DNA of 64,000 bases from Marsupella aquatica (GCA_973895155.1 OZ316891.1:13423037-13487036); one strand, 5' to 3'; positions 25,753-40,329 are shown, counted from the first letter of the stretch. A program made the numbers and translations. The notes: a model not told the origin generated them from the letters alone.

Positions 25753-28700
25753 CTAAAGTATCATTTGATGGGCCTCTGTAGGACACTGTTCCAGATTTCG
25801 CAGCACAATTCGTGCAAATACTTTAGCCTGTAAAGGAGCCGTTGCTGCTGCAGCCACTGTTCGAAGTACGCGTCCAGCACCAGCTTTCTGTAAAAGGGTC
25901 GCATGATGCATCGCATGCCTCCCCCCAGGCATAGTGAACTGAAAACTCACACAACTAATTTAAAAAGTATTCGCAGCTGACTCCATATTCGTTTATAATA
26001 CATGCGTAACCAATGCAGTTTGTATTGTTTTCCTCTCGTGAGAATAGACGTGCTTAAAGAAAATACTTTTTGCAAAATGCCATAATACAGGATTAGCCAA
26101 TCAAAAGACCCAGACACTGGCTGCATACTACTGACAGGAAGAACATACAGAAACAGGTGCTCAAACAAACCTGTAGAAGTGCAAAAGCAGCACAAGCTCG
26201 AAGAACTGCAGAGCCATTTCTCAGCATGGCAACGAACCTTCCTACCTCAGCTCCACTGCATGCAGAGTACAGGACATTCATATTACAATTTGTAATGTCT
26301 TGAAACAAAGTGAGCGAACAACCAAGAAGAAAGAGGAAAAATAAATAAAATAAAATAAAAGTAGAAATAGGCCTGGGAGATGACTCCCAAGTGTAAACAA
26401 GAGCCTTACCACCAAATAGTACGGAAATTATGCATGAAACTGGTTGCGTAGAATAGTTGTTTGTGATCATAATAAGGTTGGTTTAGTAGATTTACGAATT
26501 GTAATTATTTAACACTGGTCACACTACTTACACACGACTACCAACCAACGGTTTACACAATTACCACAATTAATTAGCAACCCAATAATCACGCCCACCA
26601 CAAACTTCCGTAAGCTAGCTACCCATTACTTCTAAGCAACAAGGACAGTAAGCCAGTTTGGTCGTGCGATCTGCTACATCCACCAGAACCCTCGAGGCAT
26701 GATGGCGATGTAATGAACTATTTCAAACGACAGTCAAATGAAAATACCTAGTATACCCCGCAAAGAACTATACCTGCAACGAAGGTGTCCAGCTTCTTGA
26801 ATTCGTGCAGCTTCTGCAACCTGTAGTAATGTATTGGGAGCCCACGATGGAGCAGCTGCCTGCAGAGATTGTTGGTTCGAAAAATCCTGAACGAACGCAT
26901 CAATGTTCCGCATTGCCATACGTCTTGCACTGTCTAAACCTCCTCCTCTGGCATTGTTCTCACACAATAAGGCACCAGCAGCTGCATCATCCATTCTGGT
27001 GACACAGAATCGAGCCGTAAGATTTATGTGTATCAAAAGGTCTCTAGCTTACGACCAGGAAAGGAGCCCAACTACTTGGCATTGCAGTACGTCTGGACCT
27101 CTAAGATTTATACAATGGACTCCCCAACTTTTCAATGTTTACTTGGTTTAGCTGGCAACTTTCTGAAAAAGAATTCTTAACCGAGCAGCCTATGATTAGG
27201 AAGTGCCAATAGGACTCAATACCTGCCATCAAACATATAGGCCAGAGCAAGTGCAGCCATAAAACGAGCCATCTTTGAGCGAGAAGAAGAACACAGATGC
27301 ACCAAAGCAGGTACACCTTCCTCTTCAACAATTCGTAGGGCATTGCCTGGATTGAAGGCTAGATTCCATAAAGCTCCAGCCGCGGTTTCATGAACGTCCT
27401 ATATCCAAGTTTGAGTAAGAATTCTCAGTAAAGTACAGAATCATGACCCAAATCCATGAACTACTTGACATGTTATCGTTGTATTCAAGGTCAAATCGAA
27501 ATCTATGGAATGATAAAACCACAATGAAAACTTCCACAAAGTTCCATTCAACTTCACAACACTCGTTTAAATCTCGTATATGTTTCAAAAATATTACTGG
27601 TGCAACGTCATCTTGAGGTCTTGCGGTTTCCAGGAAACTTCAGGAACCGCCCTCAGCCAATCAAGCACTTACTTCCAAACCTGTTTTACTAGAAAGCTAG
27701 CTTCAAGGCACCCAAATCTCCATTGCCAAGCCCTTATGATGAGGCAGCAGCAAAAGTGACACGTGTCTGATCAACACAAGGGCAAGCTGTCGGGGCAAAC
27801 AGACCAACGGTCCACTTTTCTCACTGATTCCAAGAGAGTTTCCAATTCTCAAATGTTCATCGATGAGATCATGTAATTCATCGTCTCTTCCAAACTTACA
27901 TTACAAAATCACTTTGAAAGGAGACGAAACTTACTTCTGAATCAGATCGTGCTAATGCTATCAAAGGCGCAACTCCCCCCTCACGACCAATGGCAATGCT
28001 GACAGAATAAAAACAGTAGAAAGTAGTCAGACACGATGACCTTCAAAGTCAACTTACAGACCCCAACGCACAATCCACGGATATTCATAGCGACAAATTC
28101 AGCAATGTTGCAGAAGTTAAGCCTGGATGCCCAGTGAACAGCCATGCGACATAGGTTACCTATTTGCTTCAGATACTGAGAGTCCCCAGAGTGCACCAGC
28201 TGCCCGTTCCTGCAAACCTTGAGACCCGTTACTGCAGCTTTGGGCCAGAGCAACCTGCTCATTGCCAAGGAAACAATTTACAAATATGATTCCAAGCACA
28301 AGAACAGAGACAAAACAGCATGAACGTCGTATTTAAGAACCTATCGATAATGTGGATTTTCATTTTATCAATTCTGAAGCCAGGCGACCCTAGCAACTGG
28401 TTCAAACAACCGTGGTAAAATCTGCTTTCCTAGTTTTTGGTCTCCCAGCTCTATAAACACTCGAGAGATATAAATTAGCTAGAACTGCTCAAACGCTCTG
28501 CAACAGAAAACTCCTCAATATGATGACTCACTAGAGCCTCCACACCACCAGCCGCTGCAATTGCCTCTCGGTTCCTGTCATCAAACGATAAATTCCACAA
28601 GGCGCCTGCTGCCTCTTGCCTGTAGTGGCGCAGCCAAATAGTTTTAGTCACAGTAAGTGGAAAAGGTGCGAAAAAATTAGGAGTCACGAAGTGTGAAAAG

Positions 28701-31700
28701 GCTAGACGAGTTACACCCCGAACCCTACCGGCCTTTGGCTTTGGGCCCTAGGCCTGCTGTTTGTAGCCTCAGCCATATACATTACATAAGAGCATTGCAC
28801 CGTCATAATAATGTCCCGGCTTCTAATCGTTAAAGTACCCAACTATGCACCAACATTCATGAGGACATAAGCATCACTTTCTTACAGTCAACTTTGAACG
28901 GTACCTTTCCAATACCCAACAATTCTTCTCCAAGGTATCTGAAGGTCAGGAGCAAGGTTTCAACATAAACTGTCCTAAGGACACATCAGCAAACTGCTAC
29001 ACTCCTCGACGGGACTACTTGCTGTTCCAAATAACAGTCCTTGTTCTACGCTGTCACCTGTCTAAATTATCTTTCAATCCTAACTTACCATACGAAAACA
29101 TGTACCTAAAAAGCGAGACGTATTACCTGACCCCTTCGTGGCTAGAACATGTGAGTTGTACCAGAGCTTCAAGTGACCCAGCTTCCCGGCCTACAGCAGC
29201 ATTATTACCGTTGCTGTCGCCATGGGCGGCCAGATTGGCTAATGCTCGTGCAGCCTGGCAAGTAGACAGCCAATATACATCAATTGCAGAGAAGATACAG
29301 CCCTAATGGAATGGTATTTCTCTGTACGCATTTTACTCGTGGTGAGACCTGGAAAGAAAATCGCAGACTATCTTCGTAGTCAAATTTTCCATGGCCATTG
29401 ATCAAAGCAACCAAACTCGGCTCAGGCAATTGCAAGTAGACAAATACAGAAGCGTGTCAGCAAAGCAGCATACAATAGATAACCATACAACAGAGCTACA
29501 ACACCGCGAACCGCCTAACCCCAAAACCAACGCCCCAAAAAGCACCAGGCAAACCAGCAACAACGTAAAGCCTCAAGTGAGACGCCCAACATTTCTGCTA
29601 CAGAATAACCCCAAAACCATGTTCTGCTTGGCACACAATTTAATGACAACATACAAGCCAAGTCAAGAAAATTACCTGTTCTTGCACACCTTCGTGCTTG
29701 CACAAGCGTGCAAGCTTCACCAAGGCATGCACCCCCCCGGCAGTTGCAACCTCCATGCTGCACTTGTCATCTGCTGCCAAGTTCGCGAGTGCACCTGCTG
29801 CTCTCTCCTGAATATTGAACAACATAAACACATGTTGACAACAACACAACTCATGAACCTACGCAGAGAAATAGAAGATATTGACATCTGTTGAGTACAA
29901 TAAAGCAATTTCAATCCCGCTAACTTTTGAAAATACGCACTGCAAGATAGAACAATGTGATGATAATCTTTATTTACGCTGGTCGGGAGAAAAAAACTTG
30001 CCAGAACACCTTCGCCCCCAGAAGGCCATTTGAAGGCCAAGTCTACCAGTGCTTCGATAGCGCCTGCCTCAGCAATGGCACCCTGGCATAAGAAAAAGAG
30101 AATCCTAGTTAAAAGAAACCCTGGAAAGACACCATTTCATTTCCAAAAATAGCCACTGAAGTAATGATAATTACCTTGTGTTCCTCTCCAACAGATAGGT
30201 TCCAAAGGCCCCCTGCAGCCTCTTCAGCAACCCAACGATTGGGAGATCTTGCAAGGGCTGCTAAGATTTTGATCCCTCCTTCAGTAGCCACAGTCTTTGC
30301 CACTTCTGCATTGACTGAAAGATTCGCAATTGCCTGCAGGTAATTCACCAAACAAGTTAGGCTCACTGCTATTGAGGAAAATGGTGGCCCTTAAAAGAGG
30401 ACACGCTTTCCAACAATTAAAACCCATCCCCCAAGTCGAAAGACATTCTGACTAAGACCCGACAGACACTATTTCTCACCTTGGCAGATTCTGACTGGAC
30501 GGTTTCCCGGCAGGACTTGGCAAGATCCAAGAGAGATGCAATGCCCCCTCCGTTCATGACAGCCTCCGCTCGTGCTTTGTCCACCGTGGCATTCTCATCG
30601 TCAATAACCACAAATGTGGCTAAAGCAGTGGCACCTCGCTCCTGAACATCTTCTTGTTTGCTTTTCAGGAGACTCAGCATCACAGTAGTCCCCTGCTTTA
30701 ACCAGAAACTATCCAACCCTGGGGCGTTACTCTCAGCAACACGCAACAGGGCGTGAGAAAGAACCCATTCCACCCAATCCGTAAGGCCGAGGCAGCCACA
30801 ATCCTCTTCCTTAAACCCCCACATCTGCGAGCCACTCCATCCAATCTCCCCTTCTTTAGACCTGCGAACGTCATACGCGGAAAGCTGGGGAGACAAGCAT
30901 GCGAGCCCCTTGACAATGTCTGTGAAGCGGGTCAGCAAAATTTTCGATTTGGTTGAAAACACCACGGAGTCACCACCCTCTTCCAGAATTTGGCAATTCA
31001 GTGCGCAAAGAACCTTGAGCTGGTGGGCAGCAAGCAGACGAGACGCTGCAGCAGGGGTAATCTCTGTGCGGGAGGCATCCAGGGCAATCAAGTTGGGAAG
31101 CTTGCTCCAAGAGTGCGCTGCAGCATTCCAGGAGAAATTTCTGGACCCAGCAACAGATAAGAAACGAAGACTGGTAGCAGTACCAAGTGCTCCCTCATCC
31201 ACCGAACCGCAATCGAGAAATCCCAACTCCTCAAGACTAGGGCAATTTCTCACCAATGCTCCAATCGCATCCCCATCCACATCACGTACTCCTGAAAGCC
31301 TCAGGCGCTTAAGTTTGGGGCAACACATCGCAACCACAGCGATAGCATCACTGGTAAGCCTCTCACAATCCGGGCCCAACTGCAAGCTCTCCAATGCCTC
31401 ATGCCTTGCCGCGAGCATAGACAAAGTAGCATCCGTGAGATCTCTACACCCATCGCCGCTCAGATCTCGCAGCGCCCGCGCTTGAAGGCCGATGATGGCA
31501 CCAGCAGTTCCAGCGCCGCGAAACCTGAGACGCTGCAGCTTCTTGCATCTCCCAGCGAGCGACATAGCCATGTCCGCGTCGAGAGTGTGAGCCCGAAGAT
31601 CCAGAGACGTCCAAAGGCAGGAAGACGCTGCTAGAGAGCGCCATGTCTTGCAAACAGATGCCAAACTGGCCCTATCTCTATAGTTTAATAGCGCAAACAA

Positions 31701-31892
31701 TCCCACGAGGGTGTCGTCTGGCATACTAGTCCAGTCTGCTACCTCCTGTTCCGTTTCCACACTCCTGACGACATCCTCCTCATTAACTAAGGGATCGACA
31801 CTCGATTCCGTAAGCGAATCCTTAGGGTAAACTCTAATTGCATTTTGCTTGTCCCTAGCTACTCCAAGCTTCCGACGCACACGCCGAATCAT
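25753..31892 (-). CDS. ARABIDILLO: ARABIDILLO/PHYSCODILLO-like F-box, LRR and armadillo-repeat protein
   Basis: Large first exon has the NLS RRVRRK, F-box DWTSMPDDTLVGLFALLNYRDRASLASVCKTW and LRRs. ARM exons follow: AEEAAGGLWNLSVGEEHK, ERAAGALANLAADDKCSMEVA, AARALANLAAHGDSN, QEAAGALWNLSFDDRNREAIAAAGGVEAL, HETAAGALWNLAFNPGNA. C-terminus FTMPGGRHAMHH...KVFARIVLRNLE, stop at 25755-25753. Confidence 0.95.
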
Positions 31893-33314
31893 TGCAATTT
31901 ATTAATTTAGGTTGTGGCCAGCCAGCGTAACCGTCTCACACGTCGATCATCAGGAGAAGAGCAACCCGCCCCTCGGATACACGATAGAAAAGTCCGAAAG
32001 TTCCTGCTTTAAGACAAGAATCGTGGGAATCTGTCCATGTCAATGTAAAGCCTCTCAAATCGCTAACTTCAAACGGAGACTATGATTCACCACCGAACGT
32101 TAAACTACACCAGCCTCAACACGACCCCTCACTGTGAATGAAATAATTCTGGTGACATTCGAAACAACCGCTTCATGCTTCCTCTCCTCTCGTCACAAGA
32201 GCCCGGTAGCACATTACAATCCTTCAAAGTGCAAATAAAGACCAGTCCTCCCACGGATGAATCCCACCACTCCAACATTTATTCCTGGTTTAGATTTCCT
32301 GTCCAGTAGCTGCTCCTGCTGTAGATACCAAAACGTTCAATCTCAGGATTCAAGGTCATCGCAAATTACAAGCTACCCTACCCTAACCCGTTCGTTCTCA
32401 AGAAACCTTCTCCAGCCCTAGAGAGAGAATCCAACTTTCTTCATTCCTATCTGCTGTACTTCCATAAACCAATTCCTGTCACCTTCCGTCTGTCAGCGGG
32501 TCAATTGTGACTTTCTTTTCTTCTATTCCTTGCTGCACCGCACCGCATACCATCAATGACTCCCTCGTCTTCCTCTGCCACCTGTCAAGAACGGTGAACA
32601 CCATCATATCACAGGCCCGGCCCGCCCTTCCCGCCCTCGCTCCCCTAGCCCCCTTCACATCCCCCTGCTCTTCGTCCGTTCCCTCCTTCTTGCCTTGTCT
32701 TGCCTGGTCTTGCCTTCCCTTGCGTTGCGTTGGCTCCACTGCTGCAGAGAACACAACAACTTCTCGTTCAGTGTCCTCCTCCGTGAGCTCTTTTCTCACG
32801 GCGGTGGGCCACCTCACTCACCTCCATACATACCACGAACTAAATATACATACTCCGACCTTTTCCTCCTCCGCCGTCACATCGTCCTCTACACAATTGT
32901 CTTCTCTCCTCGCCACGTTTGTCAGCCCACTCCGCACACCACACGCCTTTCCGGTCCGCTCCAGTCAAGTCAGTCAGCCAGCCAGCCAGCAACGACCGGC
33001 ACCTTCTGGTTCTTTCTTCGTGCTTTTCCTCATCACTCACCACCTCATCCGAGGTTCTCTGATTCTCGTCTATCTTCCTCTTTCGGTCGCTTCAATTCCA
33101 TCGTTCAATCATCTCATCGCTTCCCTCCTTCTTGCGTGCACCCTCGGAAGGGCGGACGTGCCCCAATCTTAGCGGCAAATGCTTCGCACTAGTCGTAGCA
33201 GCAGTGCTATGGCGAGAGAAACACGAAGAGTAGTACCCTCCTCTGTCTCCCCTCAACTCTCGCGATGCTCTCATCCCTCCGACAAAAGGGAGGCAAGAAT
33301 GGCACCTCCTCGGC

Positions 33315-33322
33315 TTTATATA
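33315..33322 (-). promoter_or_regulatory. Candidate TATA box for ARABIDILLO
   Basis: TATATAAA on the minus strand, at the edge of a ~1.4-kb GA-rich leader-like region upstream of the ATG at 31892. Confidence 0.35.
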
Positions 33323-34386
33323 CGGCCGAAACAGAGTAGCCGATGTCATGGGACCACCGAAAGCTTCCGCGAATCATCCCAGTATATGCACGGACAGTAA
33401 AATAATACGGGTATTGTTGGTGTGAACCTTTTTGGGGATCTTTGGCCTAATTGGAATTAGAAATTTAGAACAATAGTGCAGTGGTCTGATTTAATTAATA
33501 GTGCTGCAAGAATGCAATGTAAAATTTGGGCATCATGAAAGCACTCACTTCGTTACGGTCTAACGAATGATTGCCAATCAATCGATGATGAAGATAGATG
33601 AGACAATTATGTTGCGAATTGGAAAGGGCATCAGTTTTAGCTCGTGAAGGAATACTGATCCTCGTAGTGCTCACCCTCTATGTAACAGAAACTAGCTCAT
33701 ACTCGTGACACTTATAGCTTAGATTTTACCTAGCTGATCCAATCATTATTAATTTGCCCAGTTTTATCTAACCATTTCTTGGATTATCAACAACTTGGTC
33801 TCTCCCTCACCCAATCATTGTTTATTTGCCCATACTCAGCTAATCATGTCTTGCGTTCACCGAAGCTTAGTCTGTCTTTCATCGTTCTCCCTCTAATTAT
33901 GCTTACGCTTTGTGTAATAGACTATAGCATACATCCTTATCTTGGCATGGGTACATACGTACATACCTCCATTGAATTCACTTTTCAACTAAAATCGTTC
34001 TAGTTGTTAACATTATCCTCATCCGTTTGTGACTATTCGAATCTAACAACATCTCCTCAGATCATTACCAAACTAAATTATATTGTGGAAGTAGTTTTGC
34101 CAAAACCTTTCTAATGGAAAAACAAGATGTTTCACAACTCAAATCTTTCCTTCCAAGTGCTATGCTTGCTTTGTTGCCAAACACTATCACTTCTTCAGTG
34201 AATATAAAATACTCTAATAAATTATATGATAGGTCACTGTCTTTTTTGAAAGAATTCTCTACCAAAACATCTAAAAATGTGTCTTTGAACCCTAATAAAT
34301 TATTCAATCTGGTCTCACAGTTTGAACCAAGTTAGATCCAATGAGAATGTCTCATGGACTCAAATTTAGACCCTCAGAAGTAGGTT

Positions 34387-35210
34387 AGTGTCTCCGGTGT
34401 CTAAGTGCAGGTTCCCAGGAAAACTTTCCAGGTCTGCATTTATCTATGGTATGCACTGTGCTATAAGTGCATGCAATATCATTTATGCAATTTCCATTTG
34501 TGCATGGCCTGTACTACCCAATAAGTACATATGAGTTGTCAAGTCACACAAATTAGACTTTCCGCAAAATTACACAAGTACTTTATGAATAGGATAATGT
34601 CCTGGTTAGAGGGCATTGTGAGATATAATGCCTGTAACTAGGACATTAATATACGTAAAAACTTGAGTGATTTTTCGGTAACAAACAAGAAAAAGTGAAT
34701 TCCTAAAATAGAAAATTCAAATTAAAGGGTCATCCAAGAAGTGGTTGCTATGGAATTGGCCAAAAATATGCGTTCTTTAGTTATATTAGATTCTATTCAT
34801 AGATATTTTGTTAGTATCACCATATAAGATTTGGTTATCATCTTGAGATCTTGACTAAATTTTAATTTTTTTTGTATGGTAAAACTATATTTAATTTTTA
34901 CTTTTACTATATTTATGGTATTTTGTATAATCCTCTCCTCAAAAAAAGGGGTGCATTATGGAGAATTAATGCACTAGAAAAGTCACAAAAGTCTTTACCT
35001 AATGATGTGCTACACTTATCAGTAAATGCTTTGTATGCATGCATTGCTGGTAACTGATAGATGGAAATGCACACATGCATTTGTCTTTCACTGATGGTCA
35101 AGATGCAGTCAAAATGTATATTTTGGTGCATTTACAAAGAAAATCGCCCTCATGGATTACGTGGCCGGCCTCACTTGACCATGGAATGCAGTTATCACGG
35201 TGCACTTAGG
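34387..35210 (-). mobile_element. Diverged inverted copy of the 17448-17964 MITE family with an internal AT-rich insertion
   Basis: 34387-34445 resembles the reverse complement of 17905-17964 (AGTGCAGGTTCC...CTGCA). ~35005-35145 resembles the reverse complement of ~17600-17760 (CACTTATCA.TAAATGCTT, TTTTGGTGCATTTACAAA). Boundaries are approximate. Confidence 0.5.
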
Positions 35211-38099
35211 CGCAGTGGCCAGTCCTTCCTGTTTCAAGTCGTGCTTGCTCACAAGATTCTCGCTATTCTTCCCCACCCATAACTCGAGATGCTTGCTATC
35301 ACAATCTCTCGACGTTCTTCGTTTGTCTCTTACTTGGATTGTATTTAGCATCAGTTCTATCTAGACCCAGTCTCATACCCAGTTGAATTCACGTGAGAGA
35401 CCAGAGTTGAACAATTAAGGAGAGTACTCACGTATCATCTGTTGGACTCCAACAACTTTTCTTTGGAAGAGTTAGCAATAATCACCTTCCGCATCAACCA
35501 CTGTCAAGTTGGTCTTAGATAGCTCGATTGACAGTATGGGGTTCGGATCCGAGGACAGGGCCCCAATCAGTTGACTACCTACCGTACAAAATCTTCTAGG
35601 GAATTAACCAACTCATAGTTTTCAAGAAGGTCGTGGACTGAACCAGTGATGTTTGGAGAAGCTTCAAAATACACTTGATAACAAATGTGGGGAGGTTTGT
35701 CAAATACGCTGCTTGGAGTAAAAATGTTGTGTCAAAAACAGAAGATGCAAGGGCTCTTTGAAACTTGAATTTAAACATCAGCCCAAACAAAGCATTACTC
35801 TTTCATCTCGTGAGATTAAAAGACTGAATGCGATGCGAAGTGTGAGGAAATGTACGAACAGAAGGAGAGCAAACACATTTAATCTCAGGATTGCCAGCAC
35901 CCCAACAAAAGTATCACCTGACGTACTCTGGAATCAATGTGCAATGGACTGTGAAGAGAGAAAATTTCAGAAGAGATAATGAATGCAGTCAAAGCCTGAG
36001 TGGGTTAAACAGGACCTATTGTGAGAAGCTGCTGCTCAATGAGATGCTTCTCTCTCGCCACCACGCAAACAGTGGCATTGAAATTCACAGTCTCTTGACC
36101 TACAGCAAGGCCAAATTTTGCTCCTCCTGTGATTGCTACATTCCTTAATTTCCTCTTAACTCTCCACTCACGAATATGTTGCAGTACTGAGTTTTGTTGG
36201 GCTAGACCCAATTCTCGCAGAAGTAGACACATTTGTGATGAGATTTCTGTTCACTGCCTTACAGTTGCTCTCAGGTCTAGAGAAGGTGAGATGATGGACT
36301 ATGGTAATCAACTGTTTCTAGATCTCATTGGGTCGTGTGGCAAACGTAGGGAGACACGGAGGAATAAATAAAAACGAATTGTTCACCATCCTCCTTCGTC
36401 ACCTCACAAATTCAGGTTCTTCTTGTAATGAGTTAAACGAATCTCTTCCTTCCCCCTTGTCCTTCAATGCGCTTTGCTCCTCCACAACCAGGCAAACACC
36501 AGCACCCTGTTGAGTGCGATTGTAGTCTACAATTCAGGTTAATTTGTTTTAAAGAACCACCCTCTGCAAAGTTGCGTCGAGAAAAAAGTTGGATGTGACT
36601 ATTCAAGCAACTGTAGCACCTCATGTCAGTCATTCAGTAGAAATTTTGCGAGCAAAAGCCAAACGACTCAAATGCGTCATATGGATCAGGTATTTGGCCG
36701 CACATTAGTCGAAACAGTTTCTAAAATCTCCTGGCCCAGAATTACAATGAGTGAAAAGCAGTCACTCTCCATCTCAAAATTCTACTGCTCGAGCGGATTT
36801 TAACTCCATTTCCAGTAAGCATGGACAACAATTTCCAGCGGTCTTTGAGGGACACTTGCACACACCAGAATTGCGGTGGCGGTCTTTGGGGGACACTTGC
36901 ACACACAGAAATGCAGTGTGCGTTATCCGCTTGAATTGATGTCCTTTGAGCTCCAGTCCACGAGGCAAATGCATCCTCCCGGTGGACCCAGTCTGCTGCA
37001 ACGTCTTGTCCCGGAGCACACCGGCTCTGCTCTGAATCCGCCAATTAAGCGGAACCTCATATGTCCAACGATTCCAGAGCAAACGCAGCCTCATCTAGCA
37101 ATTAGGAAAGGGCGCACTATAGGTAATCTCAACAATGCCCGAAGTGAGAAGGTCTCAACGACCCCTACAAGGAGTCTCAAATGATGGCTTTTAAATATAG
37201 TTTTTTCAAAGCTTTTGTAAAATAATTATCACTAGTCCTTAAAATGACTTACGGTCATGGCAACCAATCTTTGTGGCAAAAAGTTAGGGATAATGAATTT
37301 GTAAGTTCTGTCTGTCACCTTATTTATTAAGTTAAGATCCATCAAATTTTGAGGTTTGAGATCCCCCAATTAAATTTTGTATAAAGAAAGAAGTCACTGG
37401 CCTCCTGTCCTGGACTTGATGGACTTGATGGACACCAAAAGTAGATTTAGGACTTGACCAGGCTCTTCTGACTACATCTGAAATTCTGAGAATACAGGAA
37501 ATTCCCAACAATTTATGTCCCGTTGTTCCTCCACTATACAAGTCACCACTGCTTAACTCAGGGTGAATTTTTTTCATAAAACACAATATTTTAGTGAATG
37601 ACCAATACTTAATTGAATCTTCTGCCAATTGTTTGGTGTGATCTCTGAAGTTCAAGCTACAAACTGACAGAAGTTGGAACTTTTTCTACATCTCTAGCAC
37701 TAAATCTTACATACTCAAAGATTTAGTGCTAGAGTATGTAAATCTTACATACTTACACTTGGGCACCTCATTTCTTTAGCAAAAGTATAATATTCTACAC
37801 TACTTAGAATGCGTTAGTTATTTTAAGAGGCCACCTAGCTTAGTTTGGGTCTAACTTTGCTCTATATACCTAAAATTAGTTCAAGGACCCCTAGCTTATG
37901 TAGGCTTGATTCTGTTCAACAAGTGGAGCATTCCTTCTTTTAGGCAACATATCCAATTTGCCAAATCTTTTGGAAGCAGTGAGAAACTGTTTGTCAGCAA
38001 TTGCCACATAGAAATTGCAGTAGCTCTTACCGGGTATGCCCTGACTGTAAGCTCTCACTAGCCATTGGTGCAAAAGTCATGGACTACCTGGAAAAAATG

Positions 38100-38284
38100 G
38101 AGGTTGAAGGGTTTCTTATGTTCTCTTGTTACTCCCCTGTCCATAGTAGCCAAAGGGTTTCTTACACTGCCTTGGTAAATGTTATATTGATAAGAATGAA
38201 AGTTGAAGGGTTTCTGATGTTCTCTTGTTACTCATTTGTCCAGAGTAGCCAAAGGTTTTCTTCCATTACCTTGGTAAGTGTTAC
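38100..38284. repeat. Tandem duplication, 100-bp period
   Basis: GTTGAAGGGTTTCT(T/G)ATGTTCTCTTGTTACTC...GTCCA.AGTAGCCAAAGG.TTTCTT...CCTTGGTAA.TGTTA occurs twice. Confidence 0.85.
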
Positions 38285-40329
38285 AGTAGCTGAAGAGTCT
38301 CTTTCTTCCCATGGTTATTTAAAAAATCTGCCAATTAAACAGAAGTTTGAAAAAAATTAAGTCTGCAAAACACTGATATATCAATCCCAACTCATCCAAA
38401 TGTTATTTCTTTCACGCCTTCTTGACCCCTTTCTATGTTTATTGGAAGTGTTACTTATCACTTTTTATTGTTTTTATAGTAACAGTGTCTAGCTGTGTTT
38501 CTTTGCCTTGCCTCCAACAAGAATAGTCCCGTTTGGTTAATGTTGTTCTTTCATAACTAACTATGCTTGTTTGTGACCAATAGTGTTGATTGGCTGCAAA
38601 TGCTTTCAGGGATTTTGGAAGGAGCATCCCATGTGGGCCCATAATAAAATGCAAAGGCGTATTCAAATAACAGCTTGTGGAAATATTTCATTTTGGGAAT
38701 AGAAGATTGAGTGTGAAAGATGTCTCAACGGCCCAACTTTTGTTGATAGGTAACTCGATCTTCAAAGATCACACCAGACAATTATGAGATCAAAAAAACT
38801 TCATTAATTTTGTGATCTAATAAACTACTAGTACCAAAAACTTGCATTACTGCAGGTTTCGTGCCCCAAGTTGAGCAATTACACCCTGTGTAGCGGACTC
38901 AATGTTAACAGTTGCGGATTTTTTACTTTTGCGAATTTCAGACAGCCCACCATCAGAAGGGCCTGGTCAGAAATTCATCTTCGGTGTCATCCAGTCTAAA
39001 GATGCAGCAGGGGCCGGTTATGTGATTTGCTCAAATTTTGTACTCATTGAAGCAACAATTTAGGGTAAAAAGCTTTCTAATGCCAGAAAGAGAGTTTTGA
39101 GCTTGCCTTTGATTCGAGCAGAAAAGGTGCAGAAAGAAATTTGGAATTTGTGCAACTGGGAAATTCTCATCCCTTGCTTCTTTCTAAAAATTTAAGCACA
39201 CAATTGGATGAGATGTTTGTCAGATTACTTGGGATTTCCCATGTATGAGCTTTGCCTGCTACTTCAAGTCAAGAATCTAATATGTTTCGATTGCAAGTCT
39301 TCTCCTATGGCATCTTGAACTCACCCAATCTGGGTTTTACTAGGTTATCCCCCAAACTAGCCTAAATGACCTGGTTGTCCTCTTCTAAGTTAGTTGACAT
39401 GTTGCCCCCTATGCCCGCTCCTATGCAATGTATAAAGCCATTACTCCTTTCTCTTGTTTCGCTTGGAAAATATTTGTATTTGTGCCTGTTTGCTCTGTGC
39501 GTCCAGAGTCAGAGTTGCAATTGCTACCAGTAGAGGCTCGTGGTGTTATCATCTAAACACTATAATATGCAATCCTCCTCTTTCTTTCTCTTGGTCTGTT
39601 TATAAAATGTTATTATGGTGAATATCTCTTTAGCCATTGGCTTATGGTGACTTTTTCCCTGACCATAAGATGGACCTAAAGTTGCCACTGTGCAATTTTT
39701 CCAGCCAACCCTGCAGCCAACCTGTAACTCTCCCCACGGCTCACATGCTCCTTCCCCTTTCCCAGCAATGTCTGATTGTCAAGCCATCTCTATTATACTT
39801 GACAAATTTCTGCTTGACATCACTTAGTGTCTATGCAGTGCACAGACTTTAAGCCAGTGATCCTTTAAAGGAGCAATGGTGGGGTGGGGCATTTAAGAGC
39901 ACCTAGAGACTTAAAAGTCTATGCTATTCGTAATTCAGAGTAAAGAAGAACCATCACTGAACAAACTTAAGAACCCTAACTTTGGGGGGAAGAGGGACAA
40001 AACAGGAATACATGGCCATTCAAAAAATGTTTGTCAGCTTGATAAAGTTGTACATCTCCGGCCACTTTTAGTCCTTCCTCCTCTAACAAAAGTGAAAAAG
40101 GAGGGAACAATGCTCTGCCTTCAGATTTTGTGCAGGGTTATTTCAAACCGTTGGATTCAGTGAAAAGGGCATCCAAGCTTGCTTTTGAAGTAGAGTACAA
40201 AGTCTAGCATGTGTGATAGAGTACATGATGATGCAAGTACATGACTATGCTACACTAGCTATATAATCCCGGTTTGAACTTGTCAGACAAATTGGGTCAT
40301 TGGCGACCGACATCCGACACATGTCGTCC

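Noticed and set aside
32479-33400. ORFs of 221, 165 and 112 aa upstream of ARABIDILLO
   Set aside because: Low-complexity Ser/Pro/Leu translations of a CT/GA-rich leader; no domain.
34610-34978. Two small hairpins each followed by CTAG, resembling Helitron 3' ends
   Set aside because: Spacing is atypical and no TC 5' end or A/T insertion site could be defined.
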